From Leptolyngbyaceae cyanobacterium (lineage in GTDB: Bacteria; Cyanobacteriota; Cyanobacteriia; Phormidesmidales; Phormidesmidaceae): a stretch of DNA of 64,000 nt. Both the position numbers and the translations under genes were made by a program. Positions within the stretch are counted from its first letter, which is position 1. The number at the start of each line of letters is the position of its first letter. The stretch lies in contig CBDHHL010000032.1 in the NCBI GenBank assembly GCA_965263355.1, forward strand, positions 1,856,001-1,920,000, given 5' to 3'. Positions 9,821-19,244 of this stretch are shown here, piece by piece. The notes beneath the pieces are model-generated. The model did not search any database. It saw only the letters and a list, made by a program, of their open reading frames with translations, and was not told the origin of the DNA.

Positions 9821-10062
9821 TTTGCCAATTCCGTTGACTGAATTGTCTGGTCAGATGAATTGAATAAAAATACTGGAATAATAGACCATGCAATTAAAAT
9901 AGCAAAGAAAATATATTCGGGAAAAAGCTTAAACCAGTTAGCTGCCATAGGAATTTCAACATCATACTCGCACAAAATATCGGGGTCTGCTTCTGTTAGT
10001 TCACAGTGGGGGCTGAATAACTGTCCACTTTTGAGGGTATGCGTGACAATTGGAGCTAGGGT
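9817..10062 (-). pseudogene. Probable chimeric remnant: CocE/NonD-hydrolase-like N-terminus joined to a membrane-protein C-terminus
   Basis: DPDILCEYDVEIPM resembles the start of CocE/NonD hydrolases, then switches abruptly to hydrophobic EYIFFAILIAWSIIPVFLF. No convincing start codon. Confidence 0.5.
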
Positions 10063-10078
10063 TCGAACTGTGTTCAGC

Positions 10079-10537
10079 CTATGAAGGCTGGCGCTGGAAA
10101 TAGGCATAAAAACTAAACACAACTGCTGCTGCTGAGATGATTGTCATCATAGTTCCAGGAACAAACTTGTTGTAACCACCAAGGTCAATGAATATAAAGT
10201 AACCGATATCGAGCAGACCACCTACCAGGGCTGAGATAAATATGGCAGCAACGCTTTTGCGCCATATAAATATGCCGCCGATAATGGTAACGACACCAGC
10301 CCAAAGCAGATTAAAACCGTGCTGATTGATGATGGCACCAACAGCATCAGGATAATCCATCGCTAACAGAGCAGGGGCAACGCCATCGGCAATTCCAGAA
10401 ACTGCAGATGTTGTGTCACCAGAGATGGTCAGAATCCCAGCTAAGGCATGGACAAGTCCCCAAATCACCCAAAGGATGGCGGAAATTTTCAATAGTGTGT
10501 GATTCATGGGTGATGGATATTTACTGTCTAATTGCAT
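10079..10537 (-). CDS. Hypothetical 4-TM membrane protein
   Basis: GAGGA RBS upstream, four hydrophobic helices, WGLVH and QHGFNL motifs. Confidence 0.8.
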   Translation of the reverse strand: MQLDSKYPSPMNHTLLKISAILWVIWGLVHALAGILTISGDTTSAVSGIADGVAPALLAMDYPDAVGAIINQHGFNLLWAGVVTIIGGIFIWRKSVAAIFISALVGGLLDIGYFIFIDLGGYNKFVPGTMMTIISAAAVVFSFYAYFQRQPS

Positions 10538-10560
10538 AATCTTGCGTTCCTCATCGTGGC

Positions 10561-12039
10561 CTAGAAGTCATATCGAGCAGATGTTTCAAGTCGTGCACCT
10601 GTACCGCATTCTCCATCGAAAGTCTCTCGATCGGCATAGATGACGTCAACCCCAAAGGTGATGTCTTCGATCGGTGTCCAAAATAGATTGATATTGACAT
10701 AAAGACCATTGTCAAACGTACCTGAGTCAGCACTACTGGGTAAGTCAAGGTCTATAAAACCCAAGATAAAATTAGACCGCATGCGATCACTCCACCAATG
10801 TTGATAGGCAACATAGCCAGAGACTGAACTAATCGGGTCAATAGTGCCGTCAGTGTCTATAATTCCGTCAAGGCCAGCGCCTGCAAAAGCAGGCTGATAG
10901 CGAGTAATGCCTTGCCCAGCTTGCACTTGAAACGCCATATTATCTCGTTCCCCAAGGAATCGGAGTGGGATGCGACCGGATAGATTGCCTCCGCCCACAA
11001 ATGCCTGATCGTCTTTTGATACAAGCTGTCGTAGGATACCAGAAGCACGCACACGTCCCCAGGGGCGATCTAGTTGGACATGGCCAATCACATCGGGAAA
11101 CGACTCAGAAGCCAAGTTGTCAGCAGGACCAGTTAGATCTCCCTCTGGGTTCTCAAGCGCTAGACCATATGTCAATCCAGCATCAGTTTGATGCGCCCAT
11201 TGAATCCCAGGTTGGCGAATGTTTGACGCTCCCACTGAAGGGATACCGCTTTGTTCAGGTAAGGCTTTGATGTCAGCAAAGCTAGTCCACCATTGGCCAA
11301 GGGTGAAATCGTCAAATTGGACAACCGCATGGCGGAGCCGAAACTGAAAGCTAGAACCAAATTCGTTACCGCCGCTGGAGAAATCGCCCTCAATAAACGT
11401 ACGGATGGGAAAACGAGCTGTGGTACGTCGAACATCTACATTGAGCCTGCTACCCCGAGCCAAAAACCGTAACTGATTTGTGCCATCGTCTTCTGAGTTA
11501 TCAAGCGGGATAGTGCGATTGAACACCCCAGTCTCAGACCCCAGGTTGTCGAAATCATATATTCCCTGAAGTTTAACGAAACCACCAATTCGTACTGATG
11601 TATTTGTGCCGGGAATACTAATAGAGCCAGGGAAGTTGCCCGTCGTTACGATGGCATCATCAGGAAATCTTCCATCTGGTAAGGGAGATTCTGAACTGTC
11701 TGGTTGTTCTGCTATATCTGGCATTTCCAGTGTGTTTAATGGCTCTGCCATGTCTGACTGCTCTTCGTCTTCAGCAGAAGTAGTGACTGTTGAGGCATTG
11801 TTCGAATTTAGTTTGTCATCATCAACATCGAGATTATCAAGCTGACGCTGCAGCGCTTCAATCTCAGCTTCCTGACGAATGATTTCTTCGTCCTGGCGGG
11901 TAACAGTGTCCTCTAACAATTCTAGCCTTTGACGCAACGCTTCAATCTCAGGATTAAGGGATTGGGCCATGACCGCTTGGCCAAGAGACATAAAGACAAC
12001 TGTAGCCACAGATCCCCAAATACATGTTTTCACTTTCAT
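10561..12039 (-). CDS. DcaP-family trimeric outer-membrane porin
   Basis: Signal peptide (AVMA), N-terminal coiled coil, GTNTSVRIGGFVKL, SRLN, TFIEGDF, FRLRHA, GQWWTSF and a terminal ARYDF beta-signal. Confidence 0.85.
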   Translation of the reverse strand: MKVKTCIWGSVATVVFMSLGQAVMAQSLNPEIEALRQRLELLEDTVTRQDEEIIRQEAEIEALQRQLDNLDVDDDKLNSNNASTVTTSAEDEEQSDMAEPLNTLEMPDIAEQPDSSESPLPDGRFPDDAIVTTGNFPGSISIPGTNTSVRIGGFVKLQGIYDFDNLGSETGVFNRTIPLDNSEDDGTNQLRFLARGSRLNVDVRRTTARFPIRTFIEGDFSSGGNEFGSSFQFRLRHAVVQFDDFTLGQWWTSFADIKALPEQSGIPSVGASNIRQPGIQWAHQTDAGLTYGLALENPEGDLTGPADNLASESFPDVIGHVQLDRPWGRVRASGILRQLVSKDDQAFVGGGNLSGRIPLRFLGERDNMAFQVQAGQGITRYQPAFAGAGLDGIIDTDGTIDPISSVSGYVAYQHWWSDRMRSNFILGFIDLDLPSSADSGTFDNGLYVNINLFWTPIEDITFGVDVIYADRETFDGECGTGARLETSARYDF

Positions 12040-12089
12040 CTAATGCAACCTTGTAAGCCTAAGGGATACTGAGGATTTTAGTAGGGGCG

Positions 12090-12548
12090 TTAGCCTAGTT
12101 GCCTGTGAATTCTAAGGAAAATTTGTTCAGTTGCAATCATGGAGAGGACAACGACAATAAAAGCAAGATTTCCATTAGCTGTCCCTGTGAAAACAACTTT
12201 GTCACCAAACAGAAAATCAATGCCACTAATGAGAACTAACTTAGAACCCACTTTAGCTAGCACAAAGCACAGCACTTTGAGTAATATCATTCTAAAACCG
12301 CTTTTTCCCTTAAAGAAAGCAGACACTTTGCTAAACGCATACGTTGTAAATGTCAACGCAATTTGAATGATAAATGCCATCAAAACAAGGACAGTAAAAG
12401 AATCAATGGACACATACTGCCAATATTCTTCAATCAGTCCAATGACTACTAAACTGAGCAGAACTCCAATCAGATGACGAGTAAAAAATTTCTGCTTGTC
12501 AGTTGGAATAAAAACTTCAGAGTTGCTGGATGAAACCATGATTTCCAC
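12090..12548 (-). CDS. Hypothetical membrane protein
   Basis: 152 aa with about four hydrophobic segments; co-oriented with the porin gene. Confidence 0.75.
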   Translation of the reverse strand: MEIMVSSSNSEVFIPTDKQKFFTRHLIGVLLSLVVIGLIEEYWQYVSIDSFTVLVLMAFIIQIALTFTTYAFSKVSAFFKGKSGFRMILLKVLCFVLAKVGSKLVLISGIDFLFGDKVVFTGTANGNLAFIVVVLSMIATEQIFLRIHRQLG

Positions 12549-12600
12549 ACGTAATCGACAGCTAGTAGCTGAACAAAATTAATTGTTAAACCTATTAGCT

Positions 12601-12672
12601 GGCTTCGACTCCGCTCGACCAGCTAAGCCCCTTGCCTGGCATAAAGACTGAGAGTTGAGCGGAGTCGAAACC
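12601..12672. repeat. REP-like inverted repeat
   Basis: GGCTTCGACTCCGCTCGAC ... GTTGAGCGGAGTCGAAACC form a long stem. Confidence 0.75.
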
Positions 12673-12705
12673 CGTCTACAAGATAATTACTTAGATATAG
12701 AAATC

Positions 12706-12844
12706 GGGTATCCACTCAAGTCGGGAAATTTTGGTTAAGTAGTAATCTAGAATCCAGGAGCCAGAATTTAGAAGGGATATTGCTTCTGGCTCCTGACTTC
12801 TGACGTCTATCCTTAGGAAAACTTCCCGCTTTAAGTTGGTACCC
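12706..12844. mobile_element. 139-bp MITE with 8-bp target-site duplication
   Basis: 27-bp imperfect TIRs GGGTATCCACTCAAGTCGGGAAATTTT / AAAACTTCCCGCTTTAAGTTGGTACCC; inner IR CAGGAGCCAGAA / TTCTGGCTCCTG; TAGAAATC on both flanks (12698-12705 and 12845-12852). Confidence 0.8.
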
Positions 12845-12850
12845 TAGAAA

Positions 12851-13477
12851 TCAGTTAGATGCAGATTTCAAAGTTGCTTTAGCTTCTTTATTCAAAGCGA
12901 GATATTTTTCAACGTCATCAAACGTTGCTGGAATAGCATCTTTTCTGTCACCCAGCTTAGGGTTGAATTCCCTTGTATCGCAGGCAAATTCAAGCATAAT
13001 TCCGTCGGGATCTTGAAAGAAAATGGAACGCATCCAAACCCCTTCATGAAGTTCGTCTGACACCTGTGCAGGTGAATTGTCATGGTTCATGATTGGAGTA
13101 GCGTTTACCCCTTTTGCAATTAACTTCTGATAATATTCTTCCATCTTTTCTGGAGGGACATTAAAAGCAAAGTGGTTCATTGATCCATGTGAAGACACGG
13201 ATACCTCATTACCTTGTTCTGGATCGAAGACAGATTGAGGGTTAGAAATACCGATCTCTCGCTCTGCAGCATCGGGAAACCAAAAAAAAGCGAAACTTTC
13301 TTGCCCGCCCATGCTGAAAAAAAAGTGTTGACCAACACCACCAGGCATCTCAAGCGTTCTACTTAACTCCATGCCCAGCACATTAGTGTAAAAATCTACC
13401 GTGCGTTGCATGTCTTTACAAACCATTGCTATATGGTTTAGTCCTAGAATTTCAAATTCTGAGTTTGTATTTTTCAT
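12851..13477 (-). CDS. VOC/glyoxalase-family protein
   Basis: GLNHIAM...DFYTNVLG, MNHFAF and FFQDPDGIMLEF motifs; GAGGAG RBS before the ATG at 13477. Confidence 0.9.
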   Translation of the reverse strand: MKNTNSEFEILGLNHIAMVCKDMQRTVDFYTNVLGMELSRTLEMPGGVGQHFFFSMGGQESFAFFWFPDAAEREIGISNPQSVFDPEQGNEVSVSSHGSMNHFAFNVPPEKMEEYYQKLIAKGVNATPIMNHDNSPAQVSDELHEGVWMRSIFFQDPDGIMLEFACDTREFNPKLGDRKDAIPATFDDVEKYLALNKEAKATLKSASN

Positions 13478-13719
13478 GGATATACTCCTCTCAAATGATT
13501 GGAACAATTTACTTGCAAGAACAATCTCATGCTTAAGAGGTCTAGCATGACGCCTAGGTGTCAGGGAATGGAATCATGTGCATTCTCTTCGCACCTGATA
13601 TCTACATGTCATGCTGACATGCTTCAAAATTGCTGTAAATTCCATTAATATGCACATCATATGTGCGATTTTGCAGAGGTAGCTTGTGGGATTAGAACAG
13701 ATGCTGGCCACAATGATTG

Positions 13720-14838
13720 CTAGAAACTTAGACGACGGGCGGTGCGATCGCAGTAATTAATCACCCTAGCCTGCCAATAATCCACCTGACGTCGCCAATT
13801 AGAGCGACTACACCAGCTCTGATAAGCCGGTATCGCCACCTCGCACAAAAACTGTTGCCATCGTTGAGTAATCACCTCTGGAGTGTAGTGAATAGAACGA
13901 ATTTGCCCTTTTTTAACAATCCTTGCCCGCAGCACAGTATCTTGTTGCAATTGATCTAGACAAGACAACAACTCTGCCATAGAGTTAGCTTCTAAATAAT
14001 CTACACCAGAAGTCCCCTCTGTTTGATAGGCTAACTCTCGACCCAATATGGCTGGAACACCTGCTAACCAGGCATTATAAAGCTTGGTAGCAGGTTTATT
14101 CCGATAAGCAGGACGTCTCAGATTAAACTGACGCACAGCGATAATTCCATCGATATGTCGATAATCATTCCAGCGGGTATCAATCGATTGATGGCTATCC
14201 CAGACATTGGTATTGATCACCGGTAACCAGTTCAACCCTCGCTGCTGCAGCTTTTTTTCCCACTCGGGGGCCATCAACTCAGCCACTAAACTGTTGCGAT
14301 GTCCTAGAAACGCAATCGTTTCAAACCGATCTCGTCGTTCCAATAAACGAGGCTGTAATCCAGGTTGAGGCCAATGGGGAATAAAATAACATCCCAGCCA
14401 CCTAGAGGCCTCACAGGGATTTTGTACCACATGGAGCTGTGCCTGGGCACACAAAGTATCCTCGGCCTTCAAACAAATTAGCAAACGTCTAGGACCGGGC
14501 CGAATAGCAGCCCCTCGAGTAGCGTTAGCATGGAATAGAACAATGCCCTGATCAGGCAACTGCTTCGTTAGCTGACAAGCAAAACCAGCTTCCCGTAGCT
14601 TTAGATATGTCTGTAAAGTCCAAGCATAAATACCTAACCCAAAGCCTGACCAGTTTTCAGCACTGGATGTCGGTAGCTGAGCAGGCCAGAAAGCTGCCGG
14701 GATATAAAAGTAAATATCCGTAAACGAAGAATTTTCCAAACGTGTCAGCGAGGTGTAAACGACCCAAGATGATTTTATCAGTCTCCTAACGTTTTCAATC
14801 ACCACCCAACTGTAATCATCCCAACCGAAAACCACCAT
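13720..14838 (-). CDS. Putative glycosyltransferase (GT-B-like)
   Basis: HWPQPGL, WNDY and NKPATKLYNAWLAGVPAILG motifs. The true start may lie downstream of 14838. Confidence 0.7.
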   Translation of the reverse strand: MVVFGWDDYSWVVIENVRRLIKSSWVVYTSLTRLENSSFTDIYFYIPAAFWPAQLPTSSAENWSGFGLGIYAWTLQTYLKLREAGFACQLTKQLPDQGIVLFHANATRGAAIRPGPRRLLICLKAEDTLCAQAQLHVVQNPCEASRWLGCYFIPHWPQPGLQPRLLERRDRFETIAFLGHRNSLVAELMAPEWEKKLQQRGLNWLPVINTNVWDSHQSIDTRWNDYRHIDGIIAVRQFNLRRPAYRNKPATKLYNAWLAGVPAILGRELAYQTEGTSGVDYLEANSMAELLSCLDQLQQDTVLRARIVKKGQIRSIHYTPEVITQRWQQFLCEVAIPAYQSWCSRSNWRRQVDYWQARVINYCDRTARRLSF

Positions 14839-14840
14839 AA

Positions 14841-14886
14841 AATTCTCCCCCGATTCCTTCTTTTGAAAGGAAATCAGGGGAGAATT
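14841..14886 (-). terminator. Hairpin downstream of chemosensory cluster I
   Basis: AATTCTCCCCCGATTCCTT ... AAGGAAATCAGGGGAGAATT, about 27 bp after the stop at 14913. Confidence 0.55.
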
Positions 14887-14912
14887 CCGAAACTAAATGT
14901 CCAGAGTCAAAA

Positions 14913-15326
14913 CTATACTTTCTTACTTGCCAAGACCTTGATCTTAGTAATCAGGGAGTTTTTCAGTTTTTCATAATCTGTAGCCGATCCAGATGTGGGT
15001 TTTGGAAAAAAGTCCAGGGCACCAGCCTGCATTAAATTAAAAATATTATCCACATCAGAGGGATGTACCGTATTGCTTACCACGAGAATCGGTCGGGGAA
15101 ATTCAGACATAACTTTTTTGGTAAATTCCAGACCATCCATTTGAGGCATCTGTAAGTCAGTGCAGATTACATCTGGCATGGTTTGAGCAATCACCTTTAA
15201 CCCATCGGCCCCATCTTGAGCCGTACCGACAACGTCAACCTCTGGAGACGAATCGATCAGCCGCTGTAGAATTTGTAACGCAATGGCAGAATCTTCAACT
15301 AGAACAACTTTAATTGGGTTAGCCAT
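14913..15326 (-). CDS. Stand-alone receiver-domain protein, homologous to the CheB N-terminal receiver
   Basis: VEDS, PDVICTDLQMP, PILVVS and AGALDFFPKP align with the first part of the CheB at 38164; no esterase domain. Confidence 0.85.
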   Translation of the reverse strand: MANPIKVVLVEDSAIALQILQRLIDSSPEVDVVGTAQDGADGLKVIAQTMPDVICTDLQMPQMDGLEFTKKVMSEFPRPILVVSNTVHPSDVDNIFNLMQAGALDFFPKPTSGSATDYEKLKNSLITKIKVLASKKV

Positions 15327-15328
15327 AG

Positions 15329-17719
15329 TTAGATTAAACTCCTAAGGGTATTGAGAAGTAGACTTTGGTCGAAATCACCTTTGGTGATGTAAGCATTGGC
15401 TCCAGCGTCAGTACCACGCTGTTTGTCTTCATCTTTAGCCAATGTCGTAACTAAAATAATGGGTAACTTTTCGTATTTTGCCTCCTGTCGAATGCGAGTG
15501 GTTAACTCCAAGCCATTAAGATTGGGCATTTCTACATCAGATACTACTGCATTAAATGACTCTTCTTCCTGAAGTTTGTTCAACCCATCCAAGCCATCTG
15601 CAGCAGCTGTAACTTGATAGCCCGCTCCCTCTAAAATCCGTTTCACCTGAGTCCGAATTGGAATAGAGTCTTCCACTAATAATACTTTAGGAACAGAAAT
15701 AGTCTTTTCCAATGTGGGAATTACTAAATCGCCTTTACAACCTCGAAGTGATTTAAGTAAATCTTGGGGGCTCAGCACCATACAGACTTCCCCATTTCCT
15801 AAAATAGTAGCACCTGCAATGTTACGTACATGCTTAAGCAACTTACTATGGGGCTTTAAGACAATATCCTGTTGATCCACAAGGGTATCAACAAATAGCC
15901 CTAATCGCTCTGAGCCAACTTTGAGAACCACACAAGGCATTGATTGTTTATACTCATTGGGTTCGGCCTGTGTTGCAACAGATTTTGGTAGCTCCAATAG
16001 ATCGGTTAGCCAGACAACGGATAGGGGATTGTTTTGAAATGTAATGGTGGGATTGCCCTCAAGTTTAAATATATCCCCAGGGGCAACCCGCATCATCATA
16101 TCGATAGATTCTACGGGAATCGCATAGGATGTTTGATTGACCCCCACAATTAAGGCTGAGGCCGTTGCTAAACTCTTATTGAGGATAAATCGGAACGCAC
16201 AACCTTGAGCTGGTTCAGACGCAACTTCAATAGAGCCCTTCAACCGTTCAACATTGACACGAACAACATCCAAACCAACACCTCTACCAGAAATTTCGGT
16301 TACACTTGTACGTGTAGAAAACCCCGGCATAAAAATGAGTTCGTGAAGTTGCTCATTACTCATTTTTTCTAAGTCTTTTTCATTGTATAGTCCGCGTCGT
16401 ATCGCTGTTCGCTTAATGGTTTCTACACTGAGCCCACGACCGTCATCAATGACTTCAATACCGATATGACTACCCTGCTGATACGCTTTGAGGCATATGG
16501 TTGCTGTGGGGGGTTTACCCATGGCAATGCGCTCACTGGGTGTTTCAACACCATGGTCAATGGCATTGCGGATCAGGTGAGTCAGCGGAGCCTTCATCTC
16601 TTCTAAGATGCGTTTATCTGCCTGGGTATCGCCCCCTTCAATCACTAAATCGATGGTTTTCCCCTGTTGTTTAGCCAAATCCCTCACCATACGTGGGAAA
16701 AGACTAAACATACTGGATAATGGTAACTGACGTAGTTTGAGAATACCCGATTCTAAGTCATTAGAAAGGGTCTCTAACTGGGCAGAGTCTTCATAAGAAC
16801 TACTTCTAAGTTGCTTTAAGAGATCTCCTAATTGATCTAGACGGTCTTCTGTAGTTTGTTGTAAGGCCTGTATAGGTGCTAGGGCTTTAGATGTTAGCTG
16901 GGGGGCGTCGAGATTATCAATGGCTAAACGCTGGGCTAAACTATCACGGACCCAGCTTTCCCAAAATAGAAGCACCTTATCAATGTCATCCATCCGACGA
17001 TTAATCCGCCGTTTGGTCACAGCTAACTCACTGGCTTGAGTCATTAAGGCATCGAGCTTTGGTGCTTCAACCCGCACAGTATCAATTTGATAAGTATCAC
17101 CAACGATAGGCTCAGGCTGCTGAGATAGCTGAGGAACTTCGGGGGAGTCTACAGCGGCGGGTACAGGTTGTTTCCCATTAGTCGCTATATCAAGTTCTCC
17201 CACTGCTGATGACGCAGTTAATGAGGTAATAATAGCAGTCGTATCACTTGAGTCATGGCCAGCATCACTGGGAGCCCATTCCAGCATAGCCCGTTCCTCA
17301 GCAGCTGGCGCAATCTCACCAAAATCTTGATCCGAGGATTCCCCAGCATCTACCAACTGGGCCATCACATGGAAAATACTGATATTGGAGGGCTCACCCG
17401 TGACAGCTTCATGGGCGATTTTACGCACCGCATCTAATCCTTGATAGAGACAATCGCAGAATGAAGGCGTAATCTGTCGCTCACCTTGTTCCACACTGCT
17501 TAGTAGGGTTTCTAACTGATGCGTTAAGGTCTCCGCATCCTTTACCCCGAGCATACGTGAGTCCCCCTTTAAGGAGTGGGTCGCTCGCAATAGATCTTTT
17601 AGTTTAGCCGGGTCATCTGGATGTTTCTCTAAATAGAGCAATCCTGCTTCTAATTTGTCTAAATGGTCTTTACTAGCATCTCGATAGAGCGTGCGTAGTT
17701 CTTCATCTTCGATAAACAT
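15329..17719 (-). CDS. cheA: Hybrid CheA (Hpt-dimerisation-HATPase-CheW-REC)
   Basis: THSLKGDS, HLIRNAIDHG, DDGRG, SGRGVGLDVV and a C-terminal receiver (SDVEMP); ATG at 17719. Confidence 0.93.
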   Translation of the reverse strand: MFIEDEELRTLYRDASKDHLDKLEAGLLYLEKHPDDPAKLKDLLRATHSLKGDSRMLGVKDAETLTHQLETLLSSVEQGERQITPSFCDCLYQGLDAVRKIAHEAVTGEPSNISIFHVMAQLVDAGESSDQDFGEIAPAAEERAMLEWAPSDAGHDSSDTTAIITSLTASSAVGELDIATNGKQPVPAAVDSPEVPQLSQQPEPIVGDTYQIDTVRVEAPKLDALMTQASELAVTKRRINRRMDDIDKVLLFWESWVRDSLAQRLAIDNLDAPQLTSKALAPIQALQQTTEDRLDQLGDLLKQLRSSSYEDSAQLETLSNDLESGILKLRQLPLSSMFSLFPRMVRDLAKQQGKTIDLVIEGGDTQADKRILEEMKAPLTHLIRNAIDHGVETPSERIAMGKPPTATICLKAYQQGSHIGIEVIDDGRGLSVETIKRTAIRRGLYNEKDLEKMSNEQLHELIFMPGFSTRTSVTEISGRGVGLDVVRVNVERLKGSIEVASEPAQGCAFRFILNKSLATASALIVGVNQTSYAIPVESIDMMMRVAPGDIFKLEGNPTITFQNNPLSVVWLTDLLELPKSVATQAEPNEYKQSMPCVVLKVGSERLGLFVDTLVDQQDIVLKPHSKLLKHVRNIAGATILGNGEVCMVLSPQDLLKSLRGCKGDLVIPTLEKTISVPKVLLVEDSIPIRTQVKRILEGAGYQVTAAADGLDGLNKLQEEESFNAVVSDVEMPNLNGLELTTRIRQEAKYEKLPIILVTTLAKDEDKQRGTDAGANAYITKGDFDQSLLLNTLRSLI

Positions 17720-17818
17720 GATCTCTTTGGTTGGATAGGGTAGATGGGGTGAGATGGGCATACACTCTACCCCAATGAGAACCTTAAACTGTTGTGAACT
17801 ATGGGCGCAAAGCTATGA

Positions 17819-19177
17819 TTAGACGGCAACTCGTAGTTCTTGTGCAATAGTCTGCAGTTCTTTGGTGGAGTTTTGTACCTCACTCACCGCAGTCACCGTT
17901 TCCTTTGCTCCCAGGTTAATGGTGTTCATGGCTGAAACTACCTGCTGTACTCCCACCGCCTGTTGCTTAGCCGTTTGGGCAATTTGTTGCGAGTTTTCAT
18001 AGACTTCGCTAATTGCATTGGCAATCTGGCTAAATACATTAGCTGTATTTTGGGCAGTTTCAATACCCACTTTTGCGGTTTTGTTGCCCTCGTCCGTCAC
18101 CATGACCGTAGAATTAATTGAAGTCTGAATAGCTTCTACCAGAGTGCCAATTTTACCGGCTGAATCACGACTTTGGTCAGCCAACTTTCGAATTTCACCT
18201 GCAACCACTGCGAAACCTTTACCTTGTTCACCGGCTCGAGCTGCCTCAACCGCTGCGTTTAGGGCTAACATATTCGTTTGGTCGGCGACGTCTGCCACCA
18301 GGCCTGAAATTGTCGAAATTTGGTCGGTTTGTTCACTGAGCTGCATAATCTGATCTGCGATCGCACTCACCTTGTCTCGCAGGTCCTCAATTTCCTGCAC
18401 CGTGGTTTCCACCGCCTGACTTCCGGTTTCCGATAGGGTGAGTGCTTCGCGGGCACCTGTTGCCGAAGAATCTGCCTTTTGAGCCGCTTGCAGTGATGCA
18501 GCTCCCAAGGATTCAATGGTAGATGTTGTTATATTCACAGAATCCGTTTGTTCTATTACCGCCCGCTCCTGGGCTTCTACCGTAGCGGCAATGTTGGCAG
18601 AACTTTCAGACACCGTTGACACTGATTTTTGGAGTACCTTTGAAGCTTGGTGAATACTCCAAAATACGAATCCTAATATCGCGATGTCCAGAATCAAAAA
18701 TGCTAACTGGGAATTACTTACTTCCTTAATGTGCGCTGTTGTAAAGTTCTCTGCTGCCTCTGCAGCTATATTGGCATCGTCAAAAAATTGTTCACTGTCA
18801 CTGAGCACCTGAGCCTTTAGATTTGGATTTTGGCGATATTGCAGAATATCTGACTTTAGTGTTTGCCAATCACTCTCAACCTGCTCCATTGCAGCTACAA
18901 ACGCTGGATCCTTCTGCTTATGCAACTTTAATTCTTCATCACCGTTAACCAGGCCATTAATGACCTTATCGATTTCGGCTATCAGTGCATCATTGGGTTG
19001 TCCATTAGTTTCCAGTTTTACTAATCGTTGAGTAGCTCCGCGAACAAAACCCGTTTTGTTCACCGCACTTCCATCAAAAACACCCTCATTAGTTCGAAGG
19101 TTTTCAAAAATAGTTATACCAATGGTAAAGGCAGCCAGTCCAGCAATGGTGTATTTTAGCTGGTTAGTAATTTTCAT
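17819..19177 (-). CDS. Methyl-accepting chemoreceptor with PilJ/NarX-like periplasmic sensor
   Basis: Two TM helices; [18 protein letters not shown]-box-like motif; signalling tip [27 protein letters not shown]. Confidence 0.92.
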   Translation of the reverse strand: MKITNQLKYTIAGLAAFTIGITIFENLRTNEGVFDGSAVNKTGFVRGATQRLVKLETNGQPNDALIAEIDKVINGLVNGDEELKLHKQKDPAFVAAMEQVESDWQTLKSDILQYRQNPNLKAQVLSDSEQFFDDANIAAEAAENFTTAHIKEVSNSQLAFLILDIAILGFVFWSIHQASKVLQKSVSTVSESSANIAATVEAQERAVIEQTDSVNITTSTIESLGAASLQAAQKADSSATGAREALTLSETGSQAVETTVQEIEDLRDKVSAIADQIMQLSEQTDQISTISGLVADVADQTNMLALNAAVEAARAGEQGKGFAVVAGEIRKLADQSRDSAGKIGTLVEAIQTSINSTVMVTDEGNKTAKVGIETAQNTANVFSQIANAISEVYENSQQIAQTAKQQAVGVQQVVSAMNTINLGAKETVTAVSEVQNSTKELQTIAQELRVAV

Positions 19178-19244
19178 GGAATCACTCCTAAGTTGTATTT
19201 AAGACAATATGGGTAGAGAAGTTATGCTGCTTGTAGCTCTGGGG

